Both the position numbers and the translations under genes were made by a program. Shown piece after piece: positions 26,628-39,940 of a stretch of DNA of 64,000 bases. The notes under the pieces were generated by a model that saw nothing but the letters and a program-made list of their open reading frames with translations, was not told where the DNA came from and did no database searches. The stretch lies in contig CM119372.1 in the NCBI GenBank assembly GCA_051294905.1, positions 20,462,001-20,526,000 of the forward strand, in the 5' to 3' direction. Origin of the DNA: Botryllus schlosseri (lineage: Eukaryota). The stretch's first letter is position 1, and every line of letters starts with the position of its first letter.

Positions 26628-28598
26628 CAGTGGTTCCCAACCTTTTTCGACTCATCGCCCCCTTTTCAAACTCCACACCGATCATCGCCCCCCAAATATT
26701 GGGAACCGAAAAATGGGCATACAGACTGAAATCACCGGCGAGTTGACTAAGAAAAAAGGTCAACTTTTCGGCTCGACCTCGAAAGTTCACTTCCCCAGCC
26801 AAATTTTGGTGAGTTGAGTAACAAAAAAGGTGATTTCTCCGACTTGATTCCAAAAGGACCATAACAGCACTTCGTCAGCCCCCCCCCCCAATACGTTGGT
26901 CTTGACCCCTCTCCATAGGGCGATAAAGCAAACTTCTGCACCCCTCATACCCAACTCCCCCGATACCTCTTTACCGCTACTTCTCAGCACAAATTGTTGT
27001 ACTCATTAGTTAGTCGGCTTAATTTGCGCCAAGCGCGAAAAATTTCTATCATTATGATTGAATCGGTCAATATGATCGGGAATTGCATATATATTGCTGT
27101 CAATTTTTTATCCTCTCTCCGCTCATGTATTCAGATTTACCGGTAAAGCTGAGTGAAGTGTCTTGGAAACTGTAGGGCCCGTAAATAATAATTGAACATT
27201 AGGGCTGTTCAAAAATAACTTTTTTTTCCTGATTCCAGCCATTCACTGATTAAATTGTCAGGTTGCCACAACAAAGGCTGCACACCAAATTTGGTTCAAT
27301 TCGAACATGTCTAAGCGTCCGCAGAGCCAATTAAAATTTTTAATTTACTACGTAAAATTAAAAAAAAAAAAATTTCAAATTTTTCTCTCAACCCCATGAA
27401 AATGTTGAGATGTCTTCAAAGACCATGCAAATGAAATTTGAGTCAATTCCAACCAGTAGAAACGGAGTTATTTGAGTTTTTCGTTGATAATTCTCGGATT
27501 ATCCACCAATCAAGGATAATTGGAGAATTATCAACGAAAAACTCCAATAACTCCACTTCTACTAGTCCGAATTGAGTCAAATTTTATTTGCATCGTCTCT
27601 GAAGACAGCTCAACAATTTCATGGGGTTGACAGAAAAATTTGAAAAATTTTTTTTTTCAATTTTCCTGTATAAATTAAAAATTTTAATTGGATCCGCGGA
27701 GCCCAATACTTGTTAGAATTGAACCAAATTTGGTGTGCAGCGTTTTTTAAGGTAACCTGACGATTTAATCACTGAATGGCTGGAATCCGGAAAAAAAAGT
27801 TATTTTTGAACAGCCCTATTGAACATATTCGGGCGGACCCGAGGGTGTAATGACTTCGTCACGTAATGACATTTCGTGGCCTGTTTGCTATGTCAAAAGA
27901 TATTCAAATCGCCCATACGTACTAAACTAAAAGATGCACACGATTTCAAATTGGTATGTCTGCACAGGCAATTAATTTTTCTCTGCGAGATGGCATTTTT
28001 TGTGGAGTTCTGATTGCTAGGACAGTAACATTTGGCGCCAGCCACTTAGGCGCCTATGGACAATTAAATATATATGTCCATCGTATATATATCGAAGTCG
28101 GTCAGCATAAAGGCAGTCCTTGTCCCTAAGGTTTTCTCGTTCTGGCACACTTCTCGGAGTCGCACGTTACATGGCCTGAGACTTCATATGTCTTGGTGCG
28201 TAATGTTGTGATAATGACCGACGGCGAGATGCGCATTTCTATAACTCATGCATATTATTTCTTGGAGGAAGGGTATCCAATAAGTAAGAAATATTAGACC
28301 ACGAAAAGGCGCGCAGCGCGGAAATTTTTTGAAAAAGTTGCCTAAATTTCCACAATAATTAATGTTAATTCACGAACGAATTGTGGGCCCCCTTCGAGCT
28401 CGGGCCCCCATCCCAATTGGGGGTTTGGGTGTGGCAGTTACGGTCATGGACGCCAATATAGCCGTTTCAACGAGCCATCGCCCCCTATCGCCCCCTTCGT
28501 CCGTTTTCGCCCCCCTATCGCCCCCTTGGCTAATTTCGCCCCCCTGGACCGACAAATCGCCCCCTGGGGGGCGATATCGCCCACGTTGGGAACCACTG
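26628..28598. mobile_element. hAT MITE expanded by nested insertions
   Basis: CAGTGGTTCCCAAC...GTTGGGAACCACTG, exact TSD GTGTATCT. It contains a repeat (about 26858-28445) homologous to about 37870-38457, itself interrupted by 27200-27818. Confidence 0.85.
27200..27818. mobile_element. Palindromic MITE with TAGGGCTGTTCAAAAATAAC termini
   Basis: The whole element is an imperfect inverted repeat with exact 8-bp TSD TTGAACAT. Another copy of the terminus starts at 63854. Confidence 0.9.
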
Positions 28599-29050
28599 GT
28601 GTATCTCGTTCATGGTGTTGTGTTAACAGGACCGCGTTACAAGCGAGAAGAGCGTTTGTGAAAGGCAGGTTTCTTAATCTTGGTCCAGTCCACCCATTAG
28701 GGGTGAAAGCATGGTGTCCTAAATGGTGTGGGCACAGCGAGATTGAACGGCTTACTGCATTTGGTTTACGTCATACTTTCCATTTGTCCAAAGGCAATTT
28801 TACGACCATTTTTGACCGGCTTGTCGAGCGCTAAATTTGATAAAACGGGTATCAATGAGAAGCTGCCGCAGTACTGATTATTAAAATATAAATTATATTC
28901 TGCTCATGGAACTGGAACCCCAAAATCAACTACGATTTTTGAATTGTGATCGAGTTGAACATTGTGACGCAACAAACTGTCTGGCTATTTCTGAGCCCCA
29001 TAGTCTCGTTTTTCCAGACAGTCTTGTTGCGTCAATGTTCTTAAACAATA

Positions 29051-29485
29051 GCTAACCTTCCCAGGACTCTTCCACGAGAGTTGGTAATATTAAAGCCACC
29101 TGAAGTGACAAAAGTCCTCCGAAACTATATCGGTAGACTGAAGGAGAAATGATAGTAGGGCTACTAAATAGAATGTGTTGAGAGACTACACAGGAAACTC
29201 CTGGAAAATGATCGTGAAGAAAATTCTTTCCGCGATGAGATCGATGGCACTGGCGAAGTGATCTCTTTTCATGATGCATGGAAGCCGGTTCGGCCCTCCA
29301 AAGATTTTGAAGCTCTGAAAACCTTTTTTGGATGACTGGCAACATTCTTTCCCTCACCGGCTACTGTTGAAGCCGATATTTCCCAGATTCGCTGGGCGAG
29401 AAATGAATTTAGGAGAAACTTAGCGGACCTGAGTTTGGAAGCACTGTTACAGTGCAAACGATTTAAGTCTATTCAACAGCTGTAA
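29051..29485 (+). pseudogene. hAT-like transposase C-terminal relic (stops and frameshift)
   Basis: Translates as NLPRTLPRELVILKPPEV...IECVERLHRKLLE...SFHDAWKP...FEALKTFFG*LATFFPSPATVEADISQIRWARNEFRRNLADLSLEALLQCK, a hAT dimerisation-like region, just inside the right TIR of 26498-29832. Confidence 0.7.
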
Positions 29486-30621
29486 CAATCAGCTGTTGAG
29501 CGTGTTTGTTAGTCTTTTCTCTTTTTTTGCTTATTGGCACCGATTATGATGGATACTGCACATTTTGTGGTTTCGTTTGATATTATTAACCTAAGAAATC
29601 GTTAGGTTTTTTCTTCATCTTATTGTTTGTTGGCTCTGATTATACGTGGATGCTGCACATTTTGTGGTGTCTTTTGGCAAACTAGCCCAAATAAAGCGTT
29701 TTTGTGACTAATTCAAGGCTGAAACTATCTATTTAGAGGACGATGCCAAAACTGCCAAAAATAAAAATCGAAAAATGCCAAAAATAAGTTATTTTTGGCA
29801 GTTTTGGCATATGCCAAAAATAACACGGTCTGCTGATTGGCGACCATCTCATACGCAACGTGGCATCAGGATCAGGAGTGTCCGTTTTAAGACTATTCGG
29901 ATCTAGCCACTGCTGCTGCTGTCGTTTAGTATCCTGTCTTACAAAGGTATTATGTATAGTGTTGGCAGGAGAAATTTGGTGGCGGTAAGTATGACGCGTT
30001 AAATAGAAAACTAACATTTAGAAATGCTTTAAGATCCAGTTCAGCTCACTGTTAAAATCTCATCATTTCAAACACCACGATACTGTGATACAATGAAAAG
30101 ATAGGGAGGTGTCGAAACGACTTCGAGTAGATTGAGATCATATGTCTACCTGAATAATCACCTAAACAGGCCGTGTAAAATTAGGGCTACCATATGTCTT
30201 CCTTGATCAGGAAATCAAAATATTCTCCTTTTTGGAAATCCGTCAAACTCCGTTGGCTGGCCGAACTAAACACACGCCACAAATGACGCGAAACCTGTAA
30301 TGAGGGTCATTTGGGAGTAGGACTGGAACGCAAAATCACCTTTTTATTAGTCCACACAACAAGATTGCCACTACAGATTTTTGAATCCTCAATTTTCTAG
30401 TTCAGTAATCTGAGTTTTGTGATTCGTAAAAAGTGTCCTTTCGGGATTCTAAAATGGTAACCCCAGTATAATGAACAATTAACACAGATGTCCGAACACC
30501 AATGTTGGTCGCCCAGTTATGGCAATTTCCGCCGTATCCCAAAACTACTTTGTACTTTACAATATCAGAGGTGTAAAAAGTAAAGTAGCTAGTTTTGCCT
30601 AAAAACTTCAATGGAAGTGGT

Positions 30622-32149
30622 CATAGGCGCCAAGTTACGGAGTGGCAGGGTGGCGCAGCCACCCCATGACACATTTATGGGGTGGCGGCCACCCCATACA
30701 ATGAGATTAAACGCCCGCCGTCTGCGATTTCAAATCATCAGCGCTGTCAATTCGCGAGTCCGTGATAGCGCGTAAATGCCAACTATTTAGCATTAATCAA
30801 GGATAGGAAAAGACGTAGTTTATTTTTGTCCTTGATGTTTTTGCGGCATATACACCGACTCATGATACACATACACACGATCTGCACATATATGCATACC
30901 ATGAGTGCATGATGTGCATATGCCGTTGGCCAAGGAAGTGCAGATATAGCCTTTACGTCTTTCTAAGTCATGCACCACCCCTCCATGCTATCCCAGTAAT
31001 GCATGAGCGCCAAGCAGGGAAGCCATGGATACCAGTGTTACTAATCAGGTCTTTGGTCTGACCCGGCCGGGAATCGAACCACGCGCGAATAATTGAATAC
31101 GCAGCTTCGTCGGCGACGACGAACTAGTGCTTAAAACGCCTCAATAAATTGTACAGTCCGATAAAATTGATCACACTATGCATTTCGCACAGCGTACCGA
31201 TGCTGATTTCAGCAAACTAACTATCCTTATTAGATGTACAAATTCGACCTCATCGTTAGAAACATAGATTTCATCGCGCGCTCTGAGAAACACCATCTCC
31301 TATCGCGATTTGATGACCAAATATACGTTCACCTTCTACAAATTAAAGTGCATTATGTGCATTGATGCGGGCCGCAAGCCGCGTTCAAAATATTTTGTGA
31401 ACCATTTTCGTAATAAACAGAGTTGAACAGTGTACTAATGTGTGTGCCTGCTAGTTGGAATTTATCCCAGTGCCCATAATATTTATTCAATCATGCTTTG
31501 CGAACGTAAATCGGGAAATGCAGCAATGCAGTCAAAATCGATGTTCTAATCAGCAACCAATTGTCGCGATGCGAGCTACTCAATACTAAGTAAAATTCCA
31601 TTGCGCTGGCGATAAGGGATAATTACTGATTGGCCGCGCGCGTTTGTAATCATCATTGTTGTCTGTCTTTCGTGTACCAGAATTTTCAGCTGTCGCGCTG
31701 TGTTACTGCTCAGTGCTCATGCTCATTGCTCAGTCCAGCAATGAATGCCGAGTGCTCAGCAATCAACGACCACCTCATCCGCGTAAGCGGTGTCTTATAA
31801 AAAGCCTAGAGGTGGGCCGTGCTATAAGTCGGCAGTTACGGAAAAATAATGAAGAATATCGGCCTGGTGTAAATGACCATAGTAGTCGACAAACACCAGG
31901 AATACCACAAAACAAACAAGACCTAATTTCGCGATCATCTCAGCGGGAGATCGTGCACAGACGAAACTCGCTAATTGGTCGCGGCCGCGCGTAAAACTGA
32001 AAATACTAGTTGAATTGCAACTGAATATTAGCGTCAGAATGGTCATTTCAAAAGGACGGGGTTTTGCGTTTCAAAAGGAGGGGGTTTCGACACCCCCGTG
32101 GCTAGGCTCCTGCTGCCACCCCATTCAAAAATAAAAGTCGGCGCCTATG
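30622..32149. mobile_element. Non-autonomous DNA transposon with CATAGGCGCC termini and 8-bp TSD
   Basis: CATAGGCGCC...GGCGCCTATG, exact TSD GAAGTGGT. Contains SINE and retroelement-tail fragments. Confidence 0.8.
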
Positions 32150-32855
32150 GAAGTGGTCATAAGGAACATTCTGTTTTCGTGTACCACCCTTTCCGGTTCT
32201 TCGGGTGTGATTACACACTCTTTTCGTTAAAGAGAGTGTATATGACCCTGGTACTACTACTACACTATCTATTGCAATGTCATTTTTCTTCAGCGCACCC
32301 ATGCCGCCCCTAAGCCCAGAGCCCCCTGAGCGTTTCCGCCTCATTCTAAATCCAAATCGCCCTCCTAGGGGGCGCTGGAGCCAAGGTTATGAGAACCATC
32401 TGGTATAAACTATATCAGTCCGATATACAGCATGCGAGGGGTGCGTTAACGTGCTGAACATTGAACAATCTATGAAACATAAATTCACTGCTAGATTACT
32501 ACTAGTTTTCGACAACGTTTAAGTTTAATCATTTCGCTGGCGGTCAATTTATTTGTGACATGCCTACGGAGGCTCAGGAAAACCAGCCTGCGCAATCGGA
32601 GCGAAGTACACGCAGTAGTAGGGCTACCATATTTTGGAAATCTGAAAAGAGGACACTTTTTCAAAATTCTCATATAATCCTGAGAAAATGGTACATTTTT
32701 TCCGACTCATTGGTCGGTTCATCATCATCATTGGTTTATTAGCTGTTTTTATCTGTTCAATACACCACAAAACTGCGATACAATGAAAAGATAGGAAGGT
32801 GTCGAAACGACTTGGAGTAGAGTCTATGGAATCAAACACCCATCTTGGCCTATGC

Positions 32856-34419
32856 CAGAGGTCTCAAACTCAAACGTACTCGCGGGCCAATTTCCTAATT
32901 TTTGGTGACGCCGCGGGCCGCAGCATCAATAATAGGGGTATTCAACGTATCATATCCTAGTAGGCATTATTTGACGGCACCTGGCAGACAGGCATTCCAC
33001 AAACATCGTGAAAATGTAATTTACTATTATACTATTCACGCTTGGCACGAAAAAAATCACATTTTCAAATATTTGAATAATATAGTTTTTGTGCCGGGCA
33101 TAATTTTTTTAAATAATGAGTTATAGACATCATGCGAGAGGACGCATGATGACATCGTAAAAGCTGTCGGGTTATAATATTGCAGCTAGTGGACCTTCGA
33201 CGTGCCACAATTTTATTTAGTATATTTTAGAATTTACTAAAGATTGATCTGATATCAGAGCATGTAAGCGGTGTTGCCTAATCGGGGTTTTTGATATAGG
33301 CCTATAGTCGTGATAAGTATGGGCTATTGTTGCTGTCATTGCCAAAGTCAAATTAAACCAGCGTTAGATTTTCTTCGATTAGTATTTGAACAGATCAATA
33401 ACAACTTAAATATAATCATTATTGTTCCATAGTAAAAGCATCGTTTCGTAACTGTTTTAGCGATCGTACCCCTTCTGCTTTCAATAAGATTTCCCGTGCC
33501 CCTGTCTATTTTCAACACCATTTCTAATGGTACCTATATAAAAATCAGAAAGCCCATCCACATAAAATCGCGCGTAGCGCGAAGAATATTTTCCAGTTGA
33601 ATAATAAATTGTCCCAGAAAATATTCCACAGCATATAGGCCTATTTCCACAATGCGTCTCGTGCCCCCTGATGTGGTGCTTCGCATCACGAAGGGGATAC
33701 GGACCACTGGTTAAGAACCCCTGGAATAGAAATGACCAATCGCCGAAGAATCCATTGGTGTTACAGCTGTGGAGCGTACCACTACCTTACTCGCCACCAA
33801 TAACAACATGGATAAAGAGAACAAACAATACACAGGATGTAGGCTAAACAAAGATACGTCACGGGGGCAACAGAATTCCAATGGTTTCCATACAGACCTG
33901 ATTCGATATCTATTCTATATACTCTACGCAACGCACACTACGTGCTTTTGATAAATTACTATCCCCACGACAGTTTCATAGATTGTTGCGTCCGTAGGAT
34001 GACCAAGTCACTATTCCGAGACGCAAGTCCTTCTCTGATTTGAACGTTTGACCCTACTCAACTCGAGTCATTTTTAGTTATCACCCAGTCAATGCAAAAT
34101 CGAGTAATTTTACGAAAGGTCGCACCAAACAAAATCACAATTTTCAGTCACGAATCATCAACGGGTCATGTTTTATCATCATGAACCTGAAATGCGACGT
34201 AATAGCGATCTTCCACCGCATGGTAGATTTAAGAAGTGATGTGATAGTGAAGTTTGTTTAGATTTCAGGTTTTTGTAATATAGTTTTAGAGTGAACTTCA
34301 AGTTCTTAAATCTAAAAAAGATACATGACACTTGAATATATTGTCGAATACTTGAAATTACAAAATGCCTTCGCGGGCCGCGCAAAATGTTCTGGCGGGC
34401 CGCGTGTTTGAGACCTCTG
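32856..34419. mobile_element. hAT (Charlie-type) non-autonomous element inserted in the LINE 3' UTR
   Basis: TIR CAGAGGTCTCAAAC...GTTTGAGACCTCTG, exact TSD GCCTATGC. The LINE sequence is continuous once the element is removed. Confidence 0.9.
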
Positions 34420-36048
34420 GCCTATGCGATGTGAAGAGGAGGCATGCACACTGAATGAAAAGAAATAAAGAATATAGTATAGAAAAAAGCAAGCGACAAA
34501 AAATGGGCTGGCATGTCATGGAAGGCGATCGATAGGTCAGGTCGTGGTCCGGTAATCTTGAGGACGGACTATAGTATTTATTTAGTAGGCTAGTAATTGC
34601 TTTGTATTTCGACTTGAATGTCAGAATTTGGACATGCTCGTCGACTGTCGGATTGCCGGTGGGATACTGTTCCATACGTCAGGTCCGGCATATGTGATAG
34701 AGCGATGATCTTTCCGGTCGATCATATGATATTTGGACGACGTGGACAATGGACATGCGTGTGATGTAGGCTACTTGTGCGATTTTGATTCTGAGGTAAA
34801 GAAGTCATTGAAATATCCGGGGAAATGACCGCAGTGGAGCTGATACGTAAACTGGGCAATTTCTAGTTTCCACATATCTTTTATGTTTAGGACACCGAAT
34901 CTCTTCAGCGGAGACTTGTTGGATGGACAACGAGGACCCTTTGGGGCCCTAGCTGTGATACGGAGTACGTTATGTTGTAGTTTTTGCATTGGCTCGAGTG
35001 CAGTTTTACTGGCAGCCCCCAACAGAGGATGCCATCTTGTAACTTTGATTGAATTAAGGATTTAAAGAGTATCAGAAGAACCCGCAGGCTGGCATGAAGT
35101 GTCTAAGGCTGTGGAACAGGCCGCACTTCGGTGACAATTTAGTGTCTAGGGACTGAAAATAACTCGTCCAGGACGTGTCCGAGTCCAGCAAAACCCCGAT
35201 ATATTTGGAATTTTCTGTGTTTGAAACGGGCTGACCAGCGATGTTAACGGTGAGGTTATTTTTTGAATTTACTGTCAGCAATTGGGATTTCAAGGCGTTT
35301 ATGCAAAGGTTATTTTGAGCCATCCACTCTTGCACTTTGGGCATTTGGTCACTCAGTCAGGGCATCCAGCTCTGCCGTCGAAGATGCGGAAGAGAGAAGG
35401 TGAGTATCATCAGCGAACAGAGTGGTGTTCAGTCGATGACATATATAAGATGAAGAGGACCGGTCCAAGTACTGAACCTTGGGTACACCACAGGTCACCA
35501 GGTGAGGAGAAGACAAGGTGTTTGAGATTGCAACCATTTGTTGGCGTCCAGTGAAGTAACTTTTCATGAGCTCAAGTTGTGAGCCCCGAAGTCCGTAACG
35601 CGACAATTTCTAGATGAGAATTTTATGATATACGCAGTCAAACGCTTTTTTTAGATCGAGAAAAATGCTACATCCCACCTTCCGCTTCTCTGAGATATCA
35701 ATTATCATAATACTGTTCAGCCACTGTTGAGAGGGCATGTGAGGTTTGATGTTTGTTTCGGAAGCCAAATTGTTGAGGGGAAATGACAGACATTTTGGCG
35801 AGGAATGAGGATAGGTAGGGAAACGACCAACTTTTCGAATACAACCCCGATGCATGAGAGAACGGATATCGGACGGTAATGGCCACAGTAGTTCTATCCC
35901 CAGCTTTGTGTACAGGGACTACTCTGGCTTTTCTCAGATAGCTTGGGTACACATCATTTTCTATCATGAAGTTGAAAAATGGGCGATATACTGCCCGATA
36001 TGCAAGCTTATCATTTTTAAAAAACATGATGGGATTTGGTCATAGCTA

Positions 36049-39000
36049 TAGGGTTGCATTTAAAACAAACGGTATTTTAAGACACTTCGTTTAAAACAGT
36101 GGTTCTCGACCTTTTTCACCTCGCGGACAGGTAAAATTTCAAAAAATATTTGGCGGACTGGTAAACGTTCAAAAATTAAAATTAACCAAATATGTAAAGT
36201 ATGCAACCATTTCTTGCAAGTAGCCTATATGGTGCTAGAGCAGGGGTGGGCAAACTTTTGAGCTCGCGGGCCGCATCCAACATCTGAATCTATTCGCGGG
36301 CCGCCCTACGTAAAATTGGGATTATAAACCAAAACGCAATATTGGTATAGTGAGGACATGGAGGTAATATATATATGCTTATTTAAATCAAACCAAACAT
36401 TACTTTGATGATATCGTGCACGCGTCAGAAACAGTGGTTAGATTTCATAGGCTAGTCGACCTCAATAACCAATTTGTCAAAACTGTAGAGATGAAAATCG
36501 GTCGTCCCAATTCTTAGAACAGGATTGACATTTAAATCTGTGAGCAGCGATCTGTTCATAGATTTACTAATTCCACTTTTGGTTCAGTTTCAGAACACAC
36601 AATGCTGACAGCATCACAATCATGTTAGCTTCAGACACGCTTCTACTATGTGTAGATAAAAAATATATATATACCCTGATTCTGCATGCGCATACAGAGA
36701 AAGAATCTAGCTAAGACACTCGCGAATCGTTTTTTTATAAGCGCATCACTGAACTGATTAAAACAGGAGTGGCCAATCTGAAATCACACTCGTGATCCGA
36801 ATTATGTCAATCTCGTTTAGGATTTCTGTGATGTTTAGCAGTTAAAACTTTCAAACTGCGTGGGCCTTGAGATCGAGCTGTCGCGTCAGAAATTAATGAT
36901 ATAGGAAGTATTTACCTTAGGACAGTGGTTCTCAAACTTTTTAAGACACGACCTACCCCCCCCCCCCCACCTTATGGTGGCGAAAGATTTCGCGCCCCTC
37001 TTGTCGTCATATCACAAAACGCAACCTGGATGCTAGCCCACCTAACGGGTAGTTTGGTGGCATGGAAGGCTACGACTGTGGATGAGAGATTTTTAAATAT
37101 GAAATTCAGACTATATACAGAGCAATAATTATGAATTGAATGTAAATCGGGCCTAGCGCGAAAAATTTTTCAGTTGAACTCAGCTTCGCGCCCCTTTCAG
37201 ATGCTCTGACGCCCCCAGTTTGAGAACTACTGCCTTAGAATTATTACGGTGAAATATACTAAGAAAAAGTTTAATCAAGTCCTTGCATTAATTCGATTTT
37301 TAGTACGCATTTTATGAATATTTTTAATAAGTTTATTTAGACGCTCGCAGGCCGCATGCGGCCCGCGGGCCATAGTTTGTCCACCCCTGTGCTAGAGAGT
37401 GATATTTGAGAGTTTTGACCGTAATTAATTATGTCCAAGATAGCATCCATGTGATTTTAGCAACGTGCTGCCGCGGAGAGTCGTTAAAAGTCTTTCGTGC
37501 CGAAAGCCGCGGATTTGACCGACCATGCCAACTCGAGTAATATTCTTCTCTCCAACAATATCGAGAGAAGAAGCGTTTTGGAGTCTAACCAGCAAGCACC
37601 TTGCCGCGCGATCCTGCTCATCGCCCCCTACCACCAGTGCGCCGCACGAAAACACCTGACCACCGCTATACCTGGCCATCCACAGGATCAGGGTCGAAAA
37701 AGCCCTTCGTCAGCCCACTCCCCAACACACGTTGATCCTGTCACCCCAAAGGGTGATAACCCAAACTTTCGAGCGGCTTCTCCCCCAGACCCCACTGTGT
37801 GATGGATGTTTTCACCAATACTTGTGAGCGCATTCTACTCAGTGTAGGCAAAGAGGTGATGCGACCTTATTGCGCCAAGCGCGAAAATTTTCTATAATTC
37901 ATGACTGATTCGGTCAATAATATTAATAATTGCATATATATTATATTGCTACAAATTTTCTATCCTTTCACGATTCCAAATTGAAATTTCTTCACTGGCA
38001 AATAATTTTTCTCTGTGGTATGGCATTTGTCCTGTGGGGTAGGCTACATATTGTCAGGACAGCTAGGCGCCTATGGACAATTAGACATATATATTGAAGT
38101 TTTCGGTCAATAAAAGGCAATCTTTTTCGGTGAAGGTTTTCTCTCTGCCGAATTTTTGGCACACTTTTCGGAGTCCCATGTCAGACTAAATTAAACCCCA
38201 CTATGTGTTGGTGCGTCGTGGCGCGGTAATGGCCGACGCTGAAATGCCTATTTCTTTAAATCATTCTTATTTCTTGGGGGAAGGGCACTCAATAATCAAG
38301 ACAATTAGTGACACTAAATCGCGCAAAGCGCGAAAAAAGTTGATAAAAGATATTTAAAGTTTCAAAAAATAGTCTATAATTTATGTTCATTCACTCAATA
38401 ATTTTAGTCCCCCTCAAGCTCGGCCCCAATCTAGTTTGGGGTGTGGCAGTTACGGTCGCACAAAATGAATGAATCCAAAACGAATTATCGCGCAAACTGC
38501 GCAGTTTAGCGAGTCAGATATTACTTGTCGCTCTCATGTCGTCAAATGACACGACTCTAACTAATTCAAGTCAAATCGAATATGCTACCTCACGAAGTTC
38601 TGAATCAGTTAAAAATTTGATATTTATTTAATTTATCAATGGATAAGCCTTCAAAATAATCATTTGGAAATTAGGGTAAAAAATTGTAATATGCTGGCAG
38701 GAAAATCTTCGCGGACCGGTGGTTGAGAACGACTGGTTTAAAACATGTTTTAAACAGTGATTTAAACAAAGGCCTTTTTAAAACAAACACAATTTTGATT
38801 TTTTTAAGTAGTGAAATTTTGTAAATAGTAAATACTTTCCAAAAAAAAACATGTTGTACGAGCCTACGGACAATTAATTACCACCCGATATAGACGACGT
38901 ATATCGATATGAGATGGTTGGAACCCTCACAATAGTCGGTTCAACAGCAATAGTACAGATACTTCGTCAAAGGAGCTATATATTTACCCTATATTTTCAA

Positions 39001-39338
39001 ATGTCAATCCGCTATGACGTCAACCCCGTGTCATATTTACTACGAAATCTTTACTACCAGCAACGCGTAAGGATGTGCTTCCTGCGATAGATCAGAGTAG
39101 CATAATTTACCAATATACGTGCCGATGCGACAGTCGGTATATGGGTCGCACATCTCAGCGCTTGCAACAAAGAATTCGTCAACACTTCTCTCGTCAAATT
39201 AGGAACTCGCAGGGTGATGACATGGCTTCTTCATCATCACAGTGCCTAGTTACCATGCGTGATTATGACCAAGTAACAGCATGTTTTGAACGAGGGACTC
39301 ATTGTTTTAAAATTATTTTTGTTTGAAATGCAACCGTA
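36049..39338. mobile_element. hAT-type element splitting the LINE RT, host of three further nested MITEs
   Basis: TAGGGTTGCATTTAAAAC...GTTTGAAATGCAACCGTA with approximate TSD GTCATAG(C/T). Nested copies: 36097-38735 (TSD GTTTAAAA), 36241-37389 (TSD TGCTAGAG), 36923-37232 (TSD CCTTAG(G/A)A). Confidence 0.8.
39021..39205 (+). mobile_element. Penelope-like element GIY-YIG endonuclease fragment
   Basis: QPRVIFTTKSLLPATRKDVLPAIDQSSIIYQYTCRCDSRYMGRTSQRLQQRIRQH: the KD...IY..C.C..Y.G.T...L..R..QH signature of PLE endonucleases. Confidence 0.8.
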
Positions 39339-39940
39339 GTCATAGTCGATGGTCTTGTGCGATTTCAGTTTGTAGATGGCCACTTCGACTTCGTATTTGG
39401 TCGTAGGTTCGAGCACAATATAGACTGGGAATATCGATCTCACTAAAAAAACGTCATTTTTCTGGCTCAAGTCCCGAAATGCACGTCGGATCGTTACTTG
39501 GTCGCTGATTTCCTATTTTTCACTCCAATTCCCGCGTAATTTTACCAAAATTATCAAAAAAGAGGACGTTTAGGCGTCCTCCGAGGACACTTTCAAAAAA
39601 GTATAAAAAGAGGACAATAATCGTCCTCTTGAAAGGACGTATGGTAAACCCTACGCCAGGAGTAGACAACATACGGACCGGCCGCGGGCCGGTCGCCTTC
39701 ACGATTATTGCATCGAATTAGGAATCCGGCCTGCCGACTGGAGAAGTTGCCGCCTCTGCCCTACGCGGTAGGCTAGTCAATTTAACATGGATAGTTGGAC
39801 GCATTTTTGGCGACCAGGTTGGCCATTACGACTGTCCACTGTGATGCGGCAGTACGTTATATATATGTAGGCTAATCGAAATGCGAGCGTGAATAATAAA
39901 AAGGTTGGACACCCCTAGAGACAATCCATGATGCGTACAT

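Larger units (their letters stand above)
26498..29832 (+). mobile_element. Composite hAT element with TGCCAAAA subterminal repeats and a transposase relic
   Basis: TIR CAGGCCGTGTTATTTTTGGCA...TGCCAAAAATAACACGGTCTG, exact TSD CTGATTGG (26490-26497, 29833-29840). An extra internal right end terminates at about 26611. Confidence 0.8.
32720..39540 (-). mobile_element. Decayed CR1/L2-group non-LTR retrotransposon (RT region plus 3' UTR) in three pieces
   Basis: Pieces at about 39339-39540, 34420-36048 and 32720-32855. Minus-strand peptides: LEPTTKYEVEVAIYKLKSHKTIDYD|QIP, ARVVPVHKAGD, QFGFR, IFLDLKKAFDCV, GVP, LFADDT, KYIGVLLD. Frameshifted, ending in a (GAT)n tail. Confidence 0.85.

Noticed and set aside
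30727..30745. Hammerhead-like CTGATGA...GAAA core on the minus strand
   Set aside because: No stem II or flanking helices can be formed.
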